Positions 25,115-37,100 of a DNA stretch of 64,000 nucleotides are shown here, piece after piece. Within the stretch, counting starts at the first letter, position 1. The number at the start of each line of letters is the position of its first letter. A program made the position numbers and the translations under genes. The notes under the pieces were generated by a model. That model searched no databases, had not been told where the DNA came from, and was given only the letters and a program-made list of their open reading frames with translations. Origin of the DNA: Podarcis muralis (lineage: Eukaryota); contig NC_135669.1 of NCBI RefSeq assembly GCF_964188315.1, positions 14,136,001 through 14,200,000 on the forward strand. Reading direction: 5' to 3'.

Positions 25115-25191
25115 TTAGGTGCTTTTGATCTTCACTTTCTTTGATCGCACTTCAGCTTTCAATAGAGCCTTCGGCCGCTTCTGGTTGGCAT
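25115..25191 (-). CDS. cry5: (6-4) photolyase putative terminal exon 10 (basic tail)
   Basis: Acceptor ttgttgttttcttttag, phase 1, [25 protein letters not shown] stop. Gives a 530-aa protein with a Lys-rich tail; supported by phase, length and composition only. Confidence 0.7.
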
Positions 25192-28100
25192 CTAAAAGAA
25201 AACAACAATCCAAGTTGATTTGTGTGTAGCACTTTTCAATGTACAGCCTGGCTTTTACTTGATCCTAACCGCCTTCTGCCATAAGTCCCCTGTTCCCCAT
25301 TTTCCATTTAGATCACTCTGTGTTCATGGCTTGATGCCAACCGCTGAAATCCAGCTTCCCTCAAATGAAGCTCCAAAATTTGACATAGAGCTGCTTGAAG
25401 ATCAGAATTAAATTACTGTTTCTGTCACTCTGCTGGAATCTAACCTTTATCTGGGGGGGGGGGGGAGACCAGTCGATCAGGTATATGAAGACGAGGAGCA
25501 AAGGCAGTCCTCTGGGAATGTCCAGGCGACCTTGGAACCGACAGCTCACAGAAGAACCCCGACCAGACCTAAGAGGAGGCGTGTAGTGGTGATAGGGGAT
25601 TCCCTACTGAGGGGAACAGAAGCAGTGATCTGTGGGCCTGACAAGATGTCTCGGGAAGTGTGCTGTCTCCCCGGGGCTAAGATCCAAGATGTAACTGAAC
25701 GACTGCAAGGAATCATAAAACCCACTGACAAATACCCCTTCCTCTTGGTTCATGTGGGAACCAATGACACTGCAAGCAATAGCCTCCAGAAGATCAAAAG
25801 AGATTACGAGGCTCTGGGCAGGAAATTGAAGCAATTAAATGCACAAATTGTCATCTCATCTGTCCTCCCAGTTGAACGACGTGGCCCAGGGAGAGAGGGA
25901 AAAATAGTGGAAGTGAACAACTGGCTTCGCAAATGGTGCAAACAGGAACGGTTTGGATTCTTAGATCACGGAATGCAGTTTCTTGAAGATGGACTTCTGG
26001 CAAGCGATGGGCTGCACCTCACAACGGTTGGGAGGAATGTTTTTGCAAAAAATCTCAGAAACCTCATCAGGAGGGCTTTAAACTGACTAATGTGGGGGAG
26101 GGAGACAGTGCTCCTGAAGGTAGGAGTCTATCAATTGATGAAGATGATCATCCAAATGTCATAGACCGAATGGAGCAAAGAGCATGCAGACCTAGTGGTG
26201 GGAGGAGAAAATCCTTAAATAAGAGACATGGGGGAATGATTAATGGACTTCAATGTCTGTACACTAATGCGCAAAGCATGGGAAATAAACAAGATGAGCT
26301 TGAGCTCCTGGTACAGCAAACTAAATATGACATAATAGGAATCACTGAAACCTGGTGGGATAAATCCCACGATTGGAATGTAATAATGGAGGGATACAAT
26401 CTATTTCAAAGAAACAGACCAGACAAGAAAGGAGGAGGAGTGGCGTTATATGTCAGGGATGTGTATACCTGTGAAGAGATCCAAGATTTAGAACCTCAAA
26501 GCCAAAGTGAGAGCATTTGGGTCAAAATTAAGGGAGAGAAGAATAACAGTGACCTCATTGTGGGAGTTTACTATAGATCCCCAAGCCAAACGGAGGACAT
26601 AGATGATGCCTTCCTGGAACAGATGGCCAAGCATGCAAAAGGAAGGGAGATAGTAGTAATGGGGGACTTCAATTACCCGGATATTTGTTGGATGTCAAAC
26701 TCAGCCAAGAGCATAAGGTCAAACAGATTCCTCACTGCCCTTGCAGACAACTTCATTGTCCAGAAAGTGGGAGAAGCAACAAGAGGAACAGCCATTTTAG
26801 ATCTGGTCCTAACCAATGTTGATGACCTGGTTAGTGGGGTAGAAGTGGAAGGATCATTAGGCGCGAGTGATCATGCTCTTCTGAAGTTTACTATACAGCG
26901 GAAAGGAGCAGCCAAGCATACTAGGACTCAATTTCTCGACTTTAAGAAAGCCGACTTCATAAAGCTTAGGGAAGTGCTGGGTGAGATCCCATGGACAGTA
27001 ATACTAAAAGGAAAGGGAGTTCAAGATGGCTGGGAGTTTGTTAAGAGGGAGATAGTAAAAGCACAACTTCAGGCAATACCAATGAGACGGAAACATGGAA
27101 GGTGCCTAAAGAAGCCAGGGTGGCTATCTAAAGAACTTTTAACTGAGTTAAGATTAAAAAAGGATGTGTACAAAAAATGGAAAAGGGGGGAAACCACCAA
27201 AGAGGAATTCAAACAAATAGCCAGCACGTGTAGACACAAAGTCAGAAAAGCTAAAGCACAAAATGAACTCAGGCTTGCTAGAGAGGTTAAAAGCAACAAA
27301 AAAGGCTTTTATGGGTATGTTCGTAGCAAAAGGAAGAACAAAGAAACCGTGGGGTCACTCAGAGGAGAAGATGGTGAAATGCAAACAGGGGACACAGAAA
27401 GGGCTGAACTCCTCAATGCCTTCTTTGCCTCAGTCTTCTCCGATAAAGAAAACAATGCCCGACCTGAAGAATTTGGAGCAAATGATTCAGCAGAGGAAAC
27501 ACAGCCCAGAATAACTAAGGAGATAGTACAAGAATACTTGGCTAGTCTAGATGTATTCAAGTCTCCAGGGCCAGATGAACTGCATCCAAGAGTATTAAAA
27601 GAACTGGCAGATGTGATTTCAGAACCACTGGCAGTCATCTTTGAGAATTCCTGGAGAACAGGCGAAGTCCCGGCAGACTGGAGGAGGGCAAATGTTGTCC
27701 CTATTTTCAAAAAGGGGAAAAGAGAGGACCCAAATAATTACCGCCCAGTCAGTCTGACATCAATACCAGGGAAGATTCTGGAGCAGATAATTAAGCAAAC
27801 AGTCTGTGAGCACCTAGAAAGGAATGCTGTGATCACCAATAGTCAGCATGGATTTCTGAAAAATAAGTCATGTCAGACTAACCTGATCTCGTTTTTTGAC
27901 AGAATTACAAGCCTGGTAGATGAAGGGAACGCAGTGGATGTAGTCTACCTTGATTTCAGCAAGGCATTTGACAAGGTGCCCCATGATATTCTTGTAAAGA
28001 AGCTGGTAAAATGCGGTCTTGACTATGCTACCACTCAGTGGATTTGTAACTGGCTGACTGACCGAACCCAAAGGGTGCTCATCAATGGTTCCTCTTCATC

Positions 28101-31100
28101 CTGGAGAAGAGTGACTAGTGGGGTGCCACAGGGTTCTGTCTTGGGCCCGGTCTTATTCAACATCTTTATCAACGACTTGGATGATGGACTCAAGGGCATC
28201 CTGATCAAATTTGCAGATGACACCAAACTGGGAGGGGTGGCTAACACCCCAGAGGACAGGATCACACTTCAAAACGACCTTGACAGATTAGAGAACTGGG
28301 CCAAAACAAACAAGATGAATTTTAACAGGGAGAAATGTAAAGTATTGCACTTGGGCAAAAAAAATGAGAGGCACAAATACAAGATGGGTGACACCTGGCT
28401 TGAGAGCAGTACATGTGAAAAGGATCTAGGAGTCTTGGTTGACCACAAACTTGACATGAGCCAACAGTGTGACGCGGCAGCTAAAAAAGCCAATGCAATT
28501 CTGGGCCTCATCAATAGGAGTATAGCATCTAGATCAAGGGAAGTAATAGTGCCACTGTATTCTGCTCTGGTCAGACCTCACCTGGAGTACTGTGTTCAGT
28601 TCTGGGCACCACAGTTCAAGAAGGACACTGACAAACTGGAACGTGTCCAGAGGAGGGCAACCAAAATGGTCAAAGGCCTGGAAATGATGCCTTATGAGGA
28701 ACGGCTAAGGGAGCTGGGCATGTTTAGCCTGGAGAAGAGGAGGTTAAGGGGTGATATGATAGCCATGTTCAAATATATAAAAGGATGTCACATAGAGGAG
28801 GGAGAAAGGCTGTTTTCTGCTGCTCCAGAGAAGCGGACACGGAGCAATGGATCCAAACTACAAGAAAGAAGATTCCACCTAAACATTAGGAAGAACTTCC
28901 TGACAGTAAGAGCTGTTCGACAGTGGAATTTGCTGCCAAGGAGTGTGGTGGAGTCTCCTTCTTTGGAGGTCTTTAAGCAGAGGCTTGACAACCATATGTC
29001 AGGAGTGCTCTGATGGTGTTTCCTGCTTGGCAGGGGGTTGGACTCGATGGCCCTTGTGGTCTCTTCCAACTCTATGATTCTATGATTCTATGATTCTATG
29101 ACCATTAATTCTAATAACCACACTCAGCTGCAAGACCTCGGTGTGCCATGCACCAAGGAACTATATGAACCTAAAGGTCAATGAGTTCAAAGCATCCACT
29201 CATAGGCTGCTGTTGTGCTTCTGCATGATTAACTGTTCTGGCTTCCAGCTGGCCTCTGTTAGGGCAGATAATTGCACTACATCTCCGGGTTGGACAGAGT
29301 TAATTCCATTCTACCCAATGCAAACTAACTGCATGTCCTCTGAGTTTGCCTCACTATTTCTCACTGCTCACAACCTTTCTCCTAAACAACCATTCCTGCA
29401 TTAACATGGAGACCTGCCTCCTTGAAAGGTGGCTAATTCCTTTTCATGATTAAAAAAAATCCAGTTCTTTTGGGTATTAGAATTTAGCCTAACATTTGAT
29501 TGGTGGATGTCACCAGTCTTAGATGTTTGAGAACCACAGTAATTCAAGATTATTATTAATTAAATTTGTTGGTCATTTTATCTTGCCCAAGACAACCCAA
29601 AGCAACTTAAAAACAAAGAACTCACATACATTAAAACTAAGGTGTGGGGAGGGGGAAATTAACATTTAAAACATCCCACCACTCTAAAAGTCCATAGATA
29701 AAGGCCTAGGTATAGAGGGAAGTTATTGGCTGGTGCCTAGATATATAATGATGGTACCAGGCGAGCCTCCCCGGGGAGAGAGCATTTCACAAACTGAGCC
29801 ACTGCAGAAATGTCCTTGTGTTGCCACCCTCTGGACCTCTCGTTGAGGGAGCACACAAACAAGGGCCTCAGATGATGATTGCTAGGTCCAGGTCAGTCTG
29901 GGACAGTTCATATGGGGAGAGGCAGTACTTGAGGTATAAAGTACTTTTGAGCTATAAAGCCATTGAAGGCTTTATAGGTCAAAACCAGCACTTTGAATTG
30001 GGCCTGGAAACTGATTTGACAGGCAATGCAGTTGAGCTAAGATTGGTGTTGCATGCCCTGGTGAGCAATGTGGCCACTGAATTCTCTGCCAGCTGAGATT
30101 GGAAAGATGGGTTGTGACAGGGCACTGTGCTGCGGCTGAAATTGCTTGTTATCCCTCTTCTTCCTGATTTTTAGCAGGTAGTTGTCCTTTCAGACATTAC
30201 CTGTAAAGGTAAAGGGACCCCTGACCATTAGGTCCAGTCGTGACCGACTGGGGTTGTGGCGCTCATATCGCTTTATTGGCTGAGGGAGCCGGCGTACAGC
30301 TTCCGGGTCATGTGGCCAGCATGACTAAGCCGCTTCTGGCGAACCAGAGCAGCGCATGGAAACGCTGTTTACCTTCCCGCCGGAGCGGTACCTATTTATC
30401 TACTTGCACTTTGGCGTGCTTTCGAACTGCTAGGTTGGCAGTAGTAGGGACCGAGCAACGGGAGCTCACCCCGTCGCAGGGATTTGAACCACCAACCTTC
30501 TGATCGGCAAGTCCTAGGCTCTGTGGTTTAACCCACAGCGCCACCCGCGTCCCTCCTGTACAGGTACCCCAAAGCCATAACAGCACTCTTGTTTTGACAA
30601 GCTTACCTTTTTTACTTGTTTCATCCTGCCCTTCGGCAGCTGCACTCGGTGATCGCCGTGCATACGCTGCCTTCATCCGTTCGAGATTCTTTTTCCGCAC
30701 TTCTTCGTGAGCAACGATGGGCTTGGGATAGTCTTCACCAATGATGCAGCCTGCACGCTCCTGCACGCTCCGTGGTGCTTTCCAAGGCTCATAAATGTAG
30801 TCACTTGGAAACTTCTTGAGGAAGGGGAGGTACTTCCTGCGTGGGTTGTAATGATAAAAGAGGAAGTCAGGTGTGTACGGGAAAAGGCTCAGGACCTAGG
30901 GGCATAATATGACAGCCTGATGCTTTGCAGAGTTAAAATCAATATTCTTAAGTCCAATTCTGCACTGGAACAGGGTAACAACCACTTGGCTCTCAGAAGT
31001 CAGAGAAGTGGTTGAATAATACTTTTAGTAGTTCAGAGAATAGCACCTTGCTAATGATAAGAAAAACTGAAATTAGACAAAGTAATGCACTTTTTGCTCT

Positions 31101-34100
31101 ATACATATAGCAAAATTATTTTTCTCAATGCAGAATTTGGATTAATTTTTTAAGCATGGTGACGTCAAAGAATTCTGAAATTACAGATTGTAGAGACCTA
31201 AAAATCAACCAGATTACTCCTGCACTGATACCAGTTGCCTCTTAGGCACAGGAAAGAGATTTTCACCAATCCACCCATTTAGCTTTTCCGTCATCGCATT
31301 CATAGACACGGTTACTCTTCCCAGCGGTAAACCTAAACTCTGCCAGATAACTTAATGCTTGTTTTAAGTGCAGCGATGCTATACTATTACACCTACTTTA
31401 TATACTCTCCATTTTTGTCTGTCTTCTTGCCGAAGGCAATTGGTGAGTAGACACGGAAGAACTGGTGGAAAAAGGCACTTGCAGAAAGCCACTGCCAGTT
31501 ACCGGCATTCAAGGACCAATCGGCATCAAGCAGCAGTTCTTCAAAGACCTGAAATAGGAGCAGTTTGGAAAACGAACGCCTTTTGGGAACCCCAAAGAAG
31601 TCCAGTCCAATAGTCATAGCTTCCTCATGCTCTACAAGCTTTTTGTAATGTTACATTTTAACTATGCTCCTGGTGGAATATAGGGGACAGAGGGGACAGT
31701 AGTCTGACTCTCCTGAAAGGGACGGTGAACCCCTGCCATGTATTCCAGAAAGCAGGAAGCCATAAGGCAAGATGCGGCAAACTTTTTCAGCCTGAGAGCT
31801 GCCTGCCCTCACAGGCAACGTTCTGGGGCAGGGGTCAGCAAACTTTTTCAGCAGGGGGCTGGTCCACTCAGACCTTGTGGGGGCCCGGACTATATTTGGG
31901 GGGGAATGAATGAATTCCTATGCCCCACAAATAACCCAGATATGCACTTTAAATAAAAGGACACATTCTATTCATGTAAAAACACTGCTTCCCGGACCAT
32001 CCGTGGGCCAGATTTAAAAGGTAATTGGGCTGGATCCGGCCCCCGGGCCTTAGTTTGCCTACCCATGTTCTGGGGTCTGCATGCCAATATTCGGCAGGCA
32101 ATGGATAGGACTCCTACCCTTGTGTACATTAGCCTGTTCCTGTCATGCAATAAGTCAGAGGTTTTCCATCTACAGTGGTACCTCAGGTTACATACGCTTC
32201 AGGTTACAGACTCCGCTAACCCAGAAATAGTACCTCGGGTTAAGAACTTTGCTTCAGGATGAGAACAGAAACCGTGCTCTGGCGGCAGCAGGAGGCACCA
32301 TTAGCTAAAGTGGTGCTTCAGGTTAAGAACAGTTTCAGGTTAAGAACGGAGCTCTGGAACGAATTAAGTACGTAACCAGAGGTACCACTGTATTCTGTAT
32401 GCAGAATAAACATGCAGGGCAATGTTGCTTGGGAAGGAGGGTGTTACAGTGCAAGGCAATTGGGAATCTTGAAAATACAATGGTGTCTTTGTCGTGAGAA
32501 CTAGGAATGGCACACGGGGAGATCTCCCAGTTTTTAATGGAGTGTGTGCTCAGGGGCAACCTAAAATTCAGCCATTAACTAGCTATAGACCTGCCAATAA
32601 ATCCAGCTTTCCTCTGGCTACAGAGAACGTTCTGAACTCTGCAGCTTTCATGATGAACTCCCAACCTGCCTTCACCTTTTGCCCTTCCTCCCAGGATATC
32701 CAGAGGTCTCCTCGTGTCAGGAAACAAGCCACCGCATGCCGTGCCAAATGATGGATCCAGCCCTCTGTGCGCAGCTGCGTCATAATGGCATCTATAAAGG
32801 GGTAGCCTGTCCGGCCCTGGCAGCAAGAAAGGGAAAGGAAGCTCAGATTTTCCCTTACCACTACCCCGCTCCTATTTTCATTTCTATTTTTCCAGTTCTT
32901 CACTCAAGGAAAACTTAAGCGGTGCGTGTTATATATAGCAACGTTCTTGAAAACATAAATGCCACTAGTCCCATTGGTCTACAGTGCTATATTGGGACGC
33001 GGGTGGCGCTGTGGTCTAAACCACTGAGCCTCTTGGGCTTGCTGATCAGAAGGTTGGCGGTTTGAATCCCCGCGACGGGGTGAGCTCCTGTTGCTCTGTC
33101 CCAGTTCCTGCCAACCTAGCAGTTCGAAAGCACGCCAGTGCAAGTAGATAAATAGGTAGCACTGCGGTGGGAAGATAAACGGCATTGCTGTGCGCTCTGG
33201 TTTCCATCACGGTGTCCCGTTGCACCAGAAGCGGTTTAGTCATGCTGGCCACATGACCCAGAAAAGCTGTCTGTGGACAAATACCATCTCTCTTACTCTG
33301 AAAGCAAGATGAGTGCCGCAACCCCATAGTCACCTTTGATTGGACTTAACTGTCCAGGGGTCCTTTACCTTTTATCTTTTTTTACAGTGCTATGAATAGT
33401 TAAGTGCATATAAGTGTGGATAATATGTTTGGCCCTGGTGGCAAAGGAGTAGATTGCTTAATCTACAAATATTTGGGTAGATTGTGAACTTTGCCAAACA
33501 GAACATGCCTCACGCCAGGCTTTGAGGTGCTCCTTGTTGTCATCCCAGTCCACCTGCACACAAACTGGATTGCCCTCCATCTTGTCAAAGTTGGGGATCC
33601 CAGCTCCTGCCGTGTAGAAAAACTCCCGCCACAGGAGTTGCCCGTGCAGAGATACCGGTGGGTCAGAGTGTTTCCTCTAGAGAAGCACAGTAGAGAAGGA
33701 ACAGTAGTTATTCTTTGGATTGTTTTAGAGCAGGGCCGTAGAGCACAGCTCCCACCACCCCTGACCACTAGACATGCTGGCTGGAGATCATGCAAGTTGG
33801 TAGTCCAACAACAGCTGGAGGACCACTCTTTCAGAGAGTCAGAAGAGGACACATTTACTGAAGTATACTTGAGCTACATGATCAGAATCAGAGAGAGATG
33901 TTTTGTTTTTTTAAAAAATATTTTATTAAGGATTTTCTTGTTTTACAGAAGTGTAGTGCCTCGTTTTTTGTTTGTTTTTTTCATGTAACATTTTTACAAA
34001 TCCATTTCATTTGTTGAGGCATTAGGGGGAGAAGAAAAAAGAAAGAGAGAAGAAAAGGGGGGGTGGAGAGAGGGAAGGTGGATGGGGGTGGGGTCGGGTG

Positions 34101-37100
34101 GCGGTGTTTCTATTATGTTTAATGTGTGTAGAGTTTGCTGTCAGCATTGTTTGTGTTGTTCACTTGTGTTCCTTTGGTGGTGAGAGAGGTTGGGGTTGGC
34201 CTAGGGTGTGATTGTTTGCTTGTGATTGGCTGTGGTGATCTTTGTTTTCGTGTGTGAGTGAGGTGGGTGGGTGTTTTGGATCAGGTTAGCCATATTGATT
34301 TGTATGCTGTTGGTGGATTATTGTCATTGTCCTGTTGGGCTGTGTGTGGTACACACAGACCATGCTCAAAGCATGGAAAACACAAATAGGCAAACTATCC
34401 CCAACCCCATCCCCACTAATCCCCCTGGCGTACCACCCATTATTCCACCATGCAGCACAAAACCTCCAGATAAAAACCTGGCAAGCCAAAGGCTTATATC
34501 GCCTAATAGACTTTTATAAAAATAACAAACCCCTGTCAACACAAGAAATACAAGACAAACTAGAAGACACCCAAATGCCCTGGTTAACACAACACCAACT
34601 ACACGCCCTCTTAAACAACCCAACAGTAAAATCAGCAGCAACTAGGCCCCTGACAACCTTCGAAAACCTCCTCCTAACAACAAAGGGAAACGGTAAAGGG
34701 ACAGTATCCGCAATATACAAAATATCAGAGAGAGATGTTCAGTGGGACAATCTAACAAGAGCAGCACTATGTGACTCCGCTGATCATGCAGCTTAGCTGT
34801 TAAAAGAAGAGCTTCTAAATGTAGCCGTCTAAGGTCCCACCTGCACAGTAGCCATGCATATGGTCCAATTAAATATTGCAGGTAGCTTTTGCAGTCCACC
34901 TTGCCTTGGGTGGCTGATTGCCTCTAGTGTAACAGAAGCCCTAGCCATGTAGATTTGTCACAGCAACTCTGATGGCATCAGTTTACATACTCTTTATATC
35001 AGAGTTTTGACAGCCTTGGTCTGGGACAGATAAAAAAAGTCTTTCTGAGGAAATCTGCAAGCAGCATATACGCAACGGAACCCCCTTATCTAAGTCCATG
35101 GCCTACAGATTTCTGAAATGGAACAGAAAGTATCCAGCAGTTGTACCAATGAAAACAGACAGTATTCTGTGATTATATGACAACTGTAGAATAAAAAAAG
35201 CTCCTCTTCTTACCCCCTGGTAGATTTCAGTCAGCTTCCACCAGAACATCCGTACAGACAGGCACCCAAATTTGACATAGGGGCTGAGGACCGTAGTGCT
35301 AGGAGTCAAAGAATTGGGGGATGTGTCAGGCTTCTTAAAATTGCATACCCATGACTGTAAAGAAAAAGGAAAAAACAACACATAGAGAGTTTTGAGAAGC
35401 TAGATATGTCCAAAGGGCTGCCTTGTGGCTTTCAGGCAAGAGGGCTTTTTGGTGGCGGCCCTGCATTGGGCAGTTCTGTGCCTTGTATGTGCCAGTTGCT
35501 TTCTTTACTATATTTTAGGCACCAAAGAGCATCCTGTTCTATTGTCCCTGTAATTTTATTTGCTCATTTTTAAAATGCATACCCCGCTGAGTTTTCAAAG
35601 GAACTCAAGGAAGCTTACAAACCAAACATAACAATCCCCATTAAATTCACAAATGTTGACTGTAGCAAAATCCAAAATAGCCAATAACTGTAGCAAAACC
35701 CACAACACCCAATGAAGCCAATATAGAGCCACAGCAGCCAAAATCAGGCAGAAGTCTGATCACACAGGCAAGTTACAAACAGCCATGCTTTTAACTAGCT
35801 GCCTAAGACAACAGCGAATGGGCCCAACATTTCACACTTCGCAATGTGTCCCACAGGGTGGGTGCAACAACCGAAGAGGAAATAGCACCAGCTATCGCCA
35901 CTCATGTTTTCCAGGGTCAATGAATCTGGAGCACAGCTTCAGATAATGTTCAGGCCATGTAGGGAAGAACACATGGAAGGTGGCAGTCTCTGGGGTCCCA
36001 TTATCAGATGTGGGGCACATTGGCACGGCTTGGGGGGAAATGGTCTTGCAGGCCAAATCTAGGATTGCCATATTTCAGACAATGAAAATCCTGACAGATC
36101 TCTCCCCCCCTCGCAAAGTTGTTGAGGTTTTTTTTAAGTTTTGCCCAAATTTGTTGAGTAAAAAAGAAGTTTTTGAGCTATTGTAAAAGAAAATTGTCCA
36201 AAACAATGTTGCCGACATAGGTTGCCATACATCTGAATTTTCACGGACATTTTTTTTTTGCGATTTCCGCCCGGACACTGCTTCCCACTTGCAGTATTCC
36301 AGGTATGTCTGGGAAATTCTGGACGTATGGCAACCCTAGCCAAATCTGGCCACCAGGCCAGAGATTACCCACCAGTGAAGCAAAGTCTGTTGGGCAAAAG
36401 CAACAGACATTTCAGTCACTGTACCGTTCTCTTCATATACAAGTCCAGCCGAGCAATGGCCTCAGATTCTCCTCCTGGATAAAGGTGGGGGCCAGCTGTC
36501 TTTGGATCCTGCCCCAGTTCCTCAAGAGAAGGGATACCATACTCCTTATCGTGGTCCTCTGTGACAGGTGTGCTGCACTCTAGGTTAGAACATTGATCCA
36601 ACAGATTCAAAGCTTGTACGGAACAGTGCATCTGGTTCGTCTGGCTCCCTGTGCCCAAATCTCAATCCCTGATGACTCAATCAATGTAAGAACTTATCTG
36701 ATTATTCATAACAAGGCCAAGGCCAAGTACAGTGGTACCTTGGGTTAAGAACTTAATTCGTTCTGGAGGTCCGTTCTTAACCTGAAACTGTTCTTAACCT
36801 GAGGTACCACTTTAGCTAATTGGGCCTCCTGCTGCTGCCATGCGATTTCTGTTCTCCTCCTGAGGTAAAGTTCTTAACCCGAGTTACTATTTCTGGGTTA
36901 ATGGAGTCTGTAACTGAAGCGTCTGTAACCTGAAGTGTCTGTAACCTGAGGTACCACTGTACCTTTTTTGCTAACTTTTTTGACTGCTGTAAATCACGCA
37001 CCTCTTTTCAGCATTTTTTGTAATACGATACCAAAATATTTGTCCATTCATTGTCACTTTGGTTCAGTATTATTTGGTTCAGCCTTCAGCAGCTGCCAGA

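Larger units (their letters stand above)
25453..29101 (+). mobile_element. CR1 non-LTR retrotransposon, 5'-truncated within ORF1, ORF2 intact
   Basis: ORF1 esterase remnant, ORF2 with APE and RT domains, short 3' UTR ending in the CR1-type (TTCTATGA)n tail at 29071-29101. Confidence 0.96.

Noticed and set aside
25546-29069. Antisense and alternate-frame ORFs of 60-133 aa over the CR1
   Set aside because: Shadows of an intact coding strand.
30144-30184. Alternative photolyase terminal exon [12 protein letters not shown]
   Set aside because: The acceptor (tctgaaag) has no polypyrimidine tract and the peptide lacks the expected basic tail.
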